DNA of 58,139 nucleotides, counting the filler, from Sphacelaria rigidula (taxonomy: Eukaryota), in the NCBI GenBank assembly GCA_964200075.2. It is 6 parts of 6 records of this genome, joined end to end, with 100 filler letters (N's around TTAATTAATTAA, not from the genome) between each part and the next. Parts side by side here need not be neighbours in the genome. Positions count along the whole stretch, not along the records: positions 48,535 to 58,139 come from CAXNAA020008116.1; 5 more parts are not named here. One strand, written 5' to 3'. The notes below the pieces were generated by a model. It did no database searches. It was given only the letters and a program-made list of their open reading frames with translations, and was not told the DNA's origin. The translations under genes and the position numbers were made by a program. Below are positions 48,685-58,139 of the stretch, piece after piece (positions within the stretch are counted from its first letter, which is position 1; each line of letters begins with the position of its first letter).

Positions 48685-51600
48685 TGTTGTGAGATACCAG
48701 CTCTCAGCTGGGTCTCCGAAAAATCCTTACTGCGGGCGAAATACTTGCGAGCAAGGCATTTCGTTATGTGTTTCGGCAGCAATTTGACATGGGTATTGCT
48801 CGCTGCGTCAACGCCTGTCCAGCATTGCCGAGTTTGACCACGCGTTCGTATTCTTCATACGAGTGTTTGCAAATAGAAACGTCGTGACCCTGATTCTGAC
48901 AAAATCTTACATTCGGGGCGGTTTCTGTGCAGAGCCGAGAACGACCTCACTTACACTCACTAGCTCCTGAATTTTGTCGTCTCGTGCAGAACCGCCTGTA
49001 CCTCGGCTTCGCTCTGACATGTTGCTTGTTGTTGCGGTCACAGCTCCTCCTTTCACCGCAACCGCAGCAGACTCTCGCATCGACTTTGATGCGAGGTACG
49101 TACTCAGTCTACTACTGCTGTATTACTGAAAACCTTCGAGCGACCTTTGCTGAGACCGCCAAACTAACAAGTTGATAAGGAACCCGCGTAAATCGCGGAA
49201 GGTTTGCTGTTTTTTGAGGAGCCCTCTTGTTAGATTCCTTACCTCAGACATAAGACGGTTGGATACACCACACAGCTCTTCGTTTATTCAGGATCGACCT
49301 CGACTGGGCATCCATATCCTAATCGAGGTTCCGCCGCATTTCTCAACACATGAAACCGACTTGAAACCGACACTACTGTAAACTCATCATGATACGACCT
49401 TGTAAACTTGAATTGTTCTGTGTCGTGCGAGTGCTTAATCCCACAAGTAGCGAAAGCCACCCAACCCTTGTATCATCAATGTATCATCCCTCAATTCGTT
49501 GCGTTCCTGTTCCATGAAACGCGCGGCCCAGCTCCTACCTATTATACTCCAACCGAATTTGATCGGACGAGCTTGATTGTGCTCCCGGCCGTTCGTCGAG
49601 ATGGCGCTCGAGATGAACAGTCTGTGTTCTCGAAATAACCGTCTACAGTACAGTACCAGATCGAAACGCCGATCTCCGCGGCACCCGCACATTCCCGCCG
49701 CCCTTGCGATTACGTAGTCTAATTTTGAATTTGGATTTCCTCCCGATCGGCGTATCTCGCACCACCATCAAGGCATTTTCTTGTCGTCGATCGTGCTAAT
49801 GAAATAGATAAACTCCTATGATTTAATCCTCTTCTAGAGTACCGGTGATCTGCCCGGCGTCAGAAGTGCACGTAATGCATACATGTCCAGGTAGTAAAAC
49901 TCTCCAAGGATGCGCTGTTCGCTTTTCGGCCCCATCTCCCTGTTCGACCGCAGATGACCGTTTCGAAACTTTGGGCCAATCAGAGTGGAGCACCGCGTCT
50001 TTAATTCATGCGTATTTCACATGTCCGCAGGAGTGAGGACCAAGCATTGCACCCGGTCAGTCAAGTTAGGAAGCTCGTCTTGGCGTGTCAAGGTATGTCA
50101 GAAGGAATAAATGAATGTAGCGCCTACTGGACTACTGTTGATGTCCATCATGGTATGTGTCTGCTGTACCTGCACCGCACAACAACATCCGTGTTTGCTG
50201 TTTCGGAGAACCACGGGTTTTGCAAGGAACTTTTTTCACTCAAAGCGGACAAAATGGGCGATTGCGGTTATCATGAAGTGAACCAATCCCCCCTGCCTGC
50301 TGCCCCCAGAGTAACACGTTTTTCACAGCACCGATTCTGCGAAGCCACAAAGCCTCGCTCGAGGGTTTCCTGCTACTTGGAGTATATCTGTACGATACTT
50401 CCACAATAATGGTCCTCGAGCAAGTTGAGGTTGTACGGCTTGCTCACACCCAGACTTCCACACCGTCACGGTACCTGTAGTCAGAAAGAAGTTGCCTCTA
50501 ACAGGAGGCACCCTCCACAGCCCAGCTCCCCCGTCTCCGAGCTTAGCGGGCGGGCGCGTACGCCCTGGCAACGCTCTTCCAGGGTTTAGATGCTCTATAA
50601 GAGCTTTGTGGGATTCCGTGTGTCGGGAGCCCGCACTAACAGACGAAGTGCCAGCGTACGACGTCGTATAATCTTTTTGCCCCGTGAGCTGATCCCGACC
50701 GAGACCCAACGTACATGTGCGGTATGTGCACTGCACTCAGAATTTCAGAATTTCGGGCACGCCCATGAGCCCTTGAGGCACGTAGTAGGAGTTATTATAG
50801 CTCAAAACGGTGAAACGGGTACTCGTAAGTATCAATGATGGCATGGTAGGCTGGTTCCAGATTCAAGAAAAGAGGCAACGAAGATTCTCGATGAGCATAT
50901 AGCATAAATAGGAGCATAGCGTGATACAGGCTGGTTCACGCTCATTAACCAAAATATATCCATCGGCAAAAACTTCACGCCGTTTTTGGAGCTCTATTTG
51001 CACGCATATCCTTTGAGTCATAGTTACAGACGGTAACCTCCCCCCCTCCCCCCCCGCCGGTGGGCTGAAAAAGACTACGCCACATGTGGGGCTCGGAACA
51101 GCTCCTTTTTCGCTGCACAAAACGCATGTTTTCGTCGCCATGTGGATGCTGGTCCTCTGTATACAGAAGGAAATAGTTCCGAAGAGGAGGAACCCTGACC
51201 GGTTTTGACCATGCAATCAATAGCGTACAGACTCAGCATGTGTGCGGGATGTCTGCGCTGGACACAACGGCAAGAAACGGTCGGCGTGCCATCACTCTCC
51301 ACTCAATACAATTTACTCTACAGTATGCTGCCGATGATGCCTATGCATTGTGTTCAACAACGCCACAGACCGTGGGAAGCTATGCATGTCTCACGCCGAA
51401 AGAAAAATCGGAACATAATCTGATATATTTTCGCCACAATACGCACGCGCACACTGCGTAACCCCAGATTCAGCAAGATGAGGTTGTTGTCTGTTATCTA
51501 CATGACATGTGTTCGAAGTTTCAGCGCGTAAGAGCACTGACAGCGCTTGCACGGCTGTGCCTCTTGAAGTGAGCACCTCTGCAGGCGATACCAAGGTACG

Positions 51601-52007
51601 CACTGCGTAGAATGACATAATGCAGAGTGCGCCCAATACGGATCGATGTTTGTTTGCCGGGGCAGGAGCCACCCAGCAGGTCATGATGTGGAAGTGAGCG
51701 CATCTGCGTGTCAACGTATGCATCCACTGACGTCTCACGCAGTCTGGACCGCGGAGACTCCGTTTTGAGGGCGTATCGATGGCATTGCCCAAAACCCGTC
51801 TTCGCTTTGTGCCTCTGGTGCACCATATGAAATATGTTGCCGATCCGGGAATATGCTATCTATGTTGTGGTCTGGTTCGTACAGACGCGGCGGAGAAATC
51901 CACAAGCAAAGTAACGCTTGACTTGTACTGAAAATACAGTACTAAACCGTCATGACCGAAATCAGAAATGCCGGTAGACAGCGAAGTAATTCGCCTGAAT
52001 TCGTAGT

Positions 52008-52086
52008 CCGGGGAGAGATGGGTTGATCCCCTGAGACCATGCACTGGTCCCGAGGAAGGAGAACGGTTCAGAGTGCGACAAAAAAC
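52008..52086 (+). mobile_element. SINE/LINE 3' tail matching SINE family B
   Basis: CCGGGGAGAGATGGGTTGATC..TGAGACCA...TCCCGAGG...GGTTCA.AGTGC matches 45057-45135. Confidence 0.7.
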
Positions 52087-52219
52087 TAAGTTGAGAACTC
52101 CACCTGTAGAGGAACTACATGCTCATTTTGACAGTAGATTTGACGAAATGTACGTCAATTAATGGTTGGTACTCGATTTTACTTGATTCCAGACTTCGGA
52201 AAGTTACACACGTCGGACA

Positions 52220-52850
52220 GCTCATGAGCTAGCTCATCTGTGGGCGGTAGATCACTTGTAGGCGAACATGTACAGATGAGCTACATCCGATAGCTCAACA
52301 CAAGGTAAACGTACGCTGATGAGCTACGAGTTGGTAGCTCACCCAGGACAAACATGCGTAGCTCATGCAGCTCTCATAGCTCACCTAGGGCGAATATGAG
52401 CTGATGAGCTACGGGTTGATAGCTCACTCAGGGGAAACATGCGTAGCTCATGCAGCTCTCATAGCTCACCCAGGACGAATCTGAGCTAATGAGCTACGGG
52501 TTGGTAGCTCATCCAGGGGAAACGTGCGTAGCTCATACAGCTCTCACAGCTCACCCAGAGAAAACATGCACGGATGAGCTACGTCCGGTAGCTCACCCCA
52601 GGAAAACATGCGTAGCTCACCTAGCTCTTGTAGCTCACTCCGGGAAAACATGTGCAGCTCACTCAGCTCTTACCGCTCACCCAGGGAAAACATGTGCGGA
52701 TGAGCTACGCTCGATAGGTCACCCAAGGCAAACATGTGTAGCTCATGCAGCTCTCGTAGCTCACCCAGAGAAAACACGAGCGGATGAGCTACGCTCGATA
52801 GCTCACCCAAGGCAAACATGTGTAGCTCACGCTGCTCTCGTAGCTCACCC
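52220..52850. repeat. Degenerate ~85-bp (2 x ~42) tandem array built from TGAGCTA/TAGCTCA motifs
   Basis: GATGAGCTAC-like starts at ~52318, 52403, 52488, 52573, 52699 and 52783; recurring TAGCTCACCCAGG and AAACATG. Confidence 0.9.
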
Positions 52851-53481
52851 AACGGACACGGGGTTGAGGCTTACTCACATCATACGCTTAGCCGGCCGCT
52901 GGCCAACCCCGTATCGCTCATGAGGTCACATTCTTGTTGGAACGGATGTCGCCATAATCAGTAGGTTGTGATGTTTTGCCTCACTCTTCGCGACAGGAAG
53001 AAAAGAAGCACACGTATCCTACTTCGCTTGGTCGGATGGTTGAAAAAAGTATTGATGTTCACTGTCTACAATGATAAACGATCGACCGATTCCTGTCCTT
53101 TGACCAGTTAGCCGCGAGGGGTACGAGTCCATCTGGTCATGCATACGTTTTTCGAGTGAAATTGGAGCCGATTCAAGAGATGATAAATCCTCGCCGTCAA
53201 GGGTTAGCTCTTTGACCGCGAGGGTTGGCGATCTGATAAATGAGCATAATTCACATATTTTTTCGGGTGTGAATGATGCCGATTCAGAGACCTCCTGCCC
53301 TCGCGGTCAACGGGATGAGTAATCAAATATTGCGTGGTGCAGCCATCACGATTCGGACGAATCATGACCGGTTGGAATCACCAAATTCACGATTTTTCAG
53401 GCCTGATTACCCAACAAGGAGAAAAAAGTTGACCGCTGGTCCGAGAGGTATCCACGCAACTTTTGCACCATGCCACGTGCC

Positions 53482-56400
53482 TAGGGTGCGCGGAACTGGG
53501 TTGTAACGCGGGAAACAAAGCGTAAGGGTTTATTCGTACGGTACAAATCAACTACACTAAAATCTTGCAATTTCCAGACGAATTAACTCACCCAACCCTT
53601 GAAAACCATGCAGGCAAGAGCCTCAACTCCACAGAAGGTACAAGAAAAAACGCAAATATCGCTGACAGAGAAGAAAGGTGTAATGGACAACCAATCAAGG
53701 TTATGAAAAATACCCTTGCTTGGAAAAATTGCATATGCTTCATCACTATCCCGTCCCAAAGTTGTTGGACATCTCGACTGCGTACTCGTCGAAGTCATCA
53801 TCCCGCTCCGCGTTCGCCGAAGAAAAGCCCTCGATCTCCGGCCTAGGGTCATAAAGCCACCTTGGTACCGCTTGCAGCGCTTGCTCCGTCGATAGAGCGG
53901 GAACTTCCACGGGGATGTACTCGGGGTTCCCATGGATGAACAGCACCATGTCCGCATATGCCGAATCAAGCCTGCTTCGGGACCCGGTGATGAGACGCCC
54001 AGCGGTGCTTAAGTCCCTTTCCAGAACGGCAGACGATGCCGGCACAGACATCAGGACTCGAGCGGCGCGGGCCATATTCGGGTAGAGCGATCCCCCCTCG
54101 CCCGCCCAGAAGTCGAGTAGGTGCGCCACCGGGTAGTTGTCTACGCACGCACCGTCGAATCGCATTTGGAAGCGATCGAACTCCTGCTGGCAAATCTGCC
54201 GCGTGGTCAGGACGACCGGCCCCGTATTTTTGGTGTTGCTGGAGCTATCGCCGAAAACACCGCTGGTGAGTAATCTCTTCGTCGCCTCACTTGTTTTCTT
54301 GCTGGGTGGGGTCACGGTGGAGAAAAGTCCGCGCTTCCGCTTCTCGCCCGGTGCGGTAGACTTACCGCCGTTATCGCCGTTGCCGCCGTTGCCCTGAGGT
54401 TCCTTTTCCTGCCCGTCACCTACTCCCTCAGCCATGCTCGCCATGAGGTCCACCACGTTGTCCTTGATCACCTTGCTGACGCATTGCGCTTCTCTCTCGT
54501 TGTTACACACCGCCGGAAGCCACATCAGTTGTACGAAGCAAGGGCTCATGCATGTCGCCATCTCGAAGACGTAGCCCGGCGATGGGTTTCCAACAACCGC
54601 TCCGTTGTATCGCTTATCGAAGAAGCGCTTGTTCACTGCGTCCAGCAGCATCTTACGAGTTTTGGTGGTCACCGACGTCAGGTTTTCTGGCGGGCGGTTG
54701 ATGGTTGTCGTTTGTGTGGTACCGGCGTCCCCTGCTAGAGTCTTGCAGGGTACCGTGATGGCGAGCGGCTTCTTGACGTCCAGCGTGGAGCAGCGGAGCA
54801 TGACGAGGGCGAGGAAAGTGTCGAGGCCTGTCGGCACTCCCGTCTGTTGACTCTCCGTCATCACTACAGCGATCGGTTTCATCAAGCTGTACAGCTCCTC
54901 GATCTCCGTTTTGTGCGCCGCCAAAGGGAAAGCGGCGCCGCGCTCGTTTTTCTGGAAGTGCTCTTCAAGCGCCGCCCAGTTGCGGAGAACCCCCTCTAGT
55001 ACTTGGCATACATATATCCAGCGATGAGGGACGGCGTTCACCAACTTGGTCGTCTTGCCGAACATTAGGTGCTGAACGTCTTCGTACTTCACGTACAAAG
55101 GAAATAGCAAGGTACGGACACGGGACGGAAAGTTACACCATGAACAGATTATTGATCATTGCCTGGTTTGAGCGCGGTGATGGTCGTGCACAAAATCTCC
55201 TCGGAAGTACCAACAGCGAAAGCCCTGCGTGGTGTACTCATGATCTTACATGCCGTACGTTAGTCATGAGACTTTTTTCGTAGCATCTCTACAAAGCTGG
55301 GGCGGAGCACGCCGGGTTCGCCGGACAAGGCCCGCAATGAATCCCTCAGCCCGAAGCGCCGTGACATGTTCGGCGAGTCGCATGGAGGGTGAGCTGCATC
55401 CTGATGCGAATGATCGGCCCTAAGCGTACAGAATGACTCGCACATGGATGACCGCCTCGAATGAGTTGCTCTATATTTTGGTACCGCTACTTCCAGAGAC
55501 AGTCACGGGTTCACACTGCCTAATGGCTATTTCACCAAATCAACACTACGTGATACAATCATCCCCTTTGCGCGGAGTTCAGGTTCTCCACCCCACATAA
55601 TATACCAGACGCCAAGAAACCCCCCTGACCCAGTCAAGTCAAACAGAAAACGTTGTGTTTTCCTAACATAAGACCCTGTTGATTTGTAGGGTAAGTAATT
55701 CGAGTTTCGATCTATAAAAAATATGTCGGTCTTTTTTTCCTTGGAGCCTAAACGCCACAGAAAAATACGTCGAACACAACGCGTACTTTTTTTGCGCAGC
55801 GACAGTCATCCGTTGGACACTAGAGCGTTCGGTACAGCGGCCTCGGGCGCAAACCGAAGCCCAACGAGCTTTCTGTCGTCAACATACACATTATCTGCCA
55901 ACTGGTCCTACTCTAGCAAACAAACTTGTGCTGATGTCACGTTCTCGCCACGAACCTTCATGATGTTGCTCTTGTTCAGGTGCTTCACCACCTTTTTGAC
56001 AGCATCGATTGTCTGTCTTGCTTCAGGGTTCATGCACGCCACCCTTGATGCCGTAGTCCCGAATGCCTGTGCGGAATATTATTGTAGAACATTACATGGA
56101 AGAGAAATGCGAGCGAAGACGAAAAACAAGGCTTTAGCGCACGTTCATTGTCGACTCTCGCCGAAAAATACTGTATCAGGTGGAAGTGTGTCATGCCAAA
56201 ATACCGAGAAACAAAAAAACGAGGTTTCGCATTGTAAACTTATTCCTTCCTGTTGCATGTCAAGCGGCAGTACGGAATAGTTCGTTTCTCACCTCGACTA
56301 GGGCGCAGTTGAGCATGTGGGGAAAGCACCACTCCCACTCCGACTGTAGGACTTTTAGGCAGAGGCGTTTCACATCGGATCCAGCGTCCGTGACAGTGCT

Positions 56401-58139
56401 GAACAAATCTCTCGGGCTCAAACCGAGCTCGTTCAAGACGTCCTCGACCCACAGGAGAAGGACGTTCGAGAGTTGTTGGCTTTCGCTCAGATCAGCTGCA
56501 GGGTTGAACAGCTTAACAGCCACGAGGGCCGAGTCGATGGCAAACTTAAATGTACACCAGAACAGTCGCACGCCTGATTCGCAAACACGAATAGTCACAT
56601 GGCAAGAAGATATTTGAGTGAGTCAGACGAAGCGTATGAAGTCAACATATCGGCGTTGCGACTCAGGCGACCACCGAAGTATACATTCTAGAAATGGTGG
56701 CAATCAACCAGGCTTATGCATGTCACGATGGTACTGAGCCATGCTACCATACAAGTGTTACTTGCATTGCTATTGCTGGCCCCGGGCATTGTCGGCCTAG
56801 ATGAAGCCCACAGCAGCAGTACCTCATGAAATATCGCACGGTATTGATACCTGACGTGCTTCATATGTTCGTGGTCTACACCAAAAATAAACTGCGGGTT
56901 CGACACCAAACACGAGTATTTGCAGAGACAGAACCACTCAACACCCTTCACACAAAGCGAGTTCAGTCGCACAACAATCTAGACTCACCTATGTACTTTT
57001 CGTTGGAGGTTTTGCTGGTCCACAGGTCAAAGTTGGCATGGAGTACGGGACCTCCCGCTCTGGTGACCGTTGTCACCAAAGTGTGCAAAAACCTCGAGAT
57101 CGTGGCTTTGTAGAGCTCGACGACGTAGTGTTTGATCATCTTGGGGTATAATTTGGTCTGAGGGAACTGGTCGTCGCCGCACACGTGGAGGAACAGGCGG
57201 ACATGCTTGCTGTCGGAGAGGTTGAACGAAAGTAAGTGCATGATGATGAACACCCGAACGAACATCAGGATCATGATCCGGCCGGGGTCGCCGCTGCTTT
57301 TCATCGCCTGCTCGGATGTGCTTGCTGTGGCGGCGTGGGTAGCTGTTGTCATTTTGACCCTGCTCGTTTTGCCAGATTCGATGCCTGAAAGAATAATGAA
57401 GCGATCCGGAAAACACAGGCGGCCAATGAAGCCGTTCGAATGTCAGCATACACAGATGGGGACAGCACAGATGTGGCCTCTGTACAAACATTACTAGAAT
57501 AGATCGGCCGTTCCATCTATTACCATCGTTCGCAGTGTCCACCTACCGTACGATCCTGCCTTGTCAGCACAGAGGACCTACGATCCGAGGTCAGACACAA
57601 GGATGAAGGATTTATCTGCGATGTACGCATTGTATTTGATTGTCAAAAGGATTCAGCTATCATTCTTCCTCACCAGAAACATGTTTCTCACCATTTTCAC
57701 CATCAAATACAACTGATGAGTGTTGATCAATAAAAAGCTAACCAACGAATCTCGCTCCAATAAATGACAGCCTACACACCATCGCAATGAAGCCGACAAA
57801 ATGCACATAATGTGTCCCTCAGCCCGTCTCTTATCACTGGTATTTTGTTTTTTGCTTTTTTGGGGGGGGGATATTTCTCACTCTTGGAACATGCAGACAC
57901 GGTTTTTGGCCCCCCAACAGGGAATATCGCCATCAAACGTTCGGGCACTTCGCACCATCCCATCGAAAGAGGTCTAAAACACTTCCCCGATTCGCTTGGC
58001 TCCGAGGTTCCGAGTATGAAGTCCGAACAAAAATATGGAGATGCCCCCAAAACACGTCCCCCTAGAATATCAACGGCGAGAAAGGATCGTACACCACCCC
58101 CCACCCCCCCCCCCCCCCCACCCACACGCACCCCCAACC
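53482..58139 (-). mobile_element. hAT DNA transposon (one candidate terminus TAGGGTGCGCGG at 53482; other end not seen)
   Basis: Contains the spliced hAT transposase; TAGGG is a typical hAT terminus, but no partner TIR or TSD was found in the window. Confidence 0.55.
53746..57384 (-). CDS. Intron-containing hAT-family transposase (5' exon(s) not identified)
   Basis: Exons 57384-56989, 56573-56293, 56066-55956 and 55086(or 55092)-53746 join in frame with no stops. Motifs NFDLWTS (D), TVTDAGSD (D), WCFPH (CxxH), PHRW, and the C-terminal dimerisation region LDFWAG...YPNMARAARVLMSVPASSAVLERDLS (E)...SRSRL. Confidence 0.9.

Noticed and set aside
52489..52923. 144-aa repeat protein (AHPGKTC repeats) or CRISPR array
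   Set aside because: It is the translation of the degenerate DNA tandem array; there are no splice signals and no spacer diversity.

Overview
Eukaryotic, intron-rich, transposon-dense DNA. A stramenopile, most likely a brown alga, is inferred from short GT-AG exons in 0.2-1.4 kb introns and a WSC-domain protein. The window is NOT one locus. It is six contigs (9608, 9608, 9607, 9606, 9605, 9605 bp) joined in size order by 100-bp N44-TTAATTAATTAA-N44 linkers, so adjacency across linkers is meaningless. Contig 1 (1-9608): a decayed APE-type LINE carrying nested DNA-transposon insertions, plus a Ty3/gypsy RT fragment. Contig 2 (9709-19316): 10 internal exons (537 codons) of a large FN3 protein with three copies of an unnamed ~115-135 aa repeat. 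Contig 3 (19417-29023): a Ty3/gypsy element with its RT core deleted and a MITE in RNase H, plus more MITEs. Contig 4 (29124-38729): a multi-layer stack of foldback MITEs and a tRNA-derived SINE. Contig 5 (38830-48434): 13 exons (534 codons) of an HHIP/HIPL1-like glucose/sorbosone-dehydrogenase-fold protein fused to a WSC domain. Contig 6 (48535-58139): a spliced hAT transposase with an intact DDE triad and a TGAGCTA/TAGCTCA hairpin array. The best novelty candidates are GAC...GTC MITEs with 4-bp TSDs, SINEs sharing a core but with different tails, site-recurrent MITE nesting, and repeats apparently inserted inside an FN3 domain. All calls were made by eye, with no database searches.
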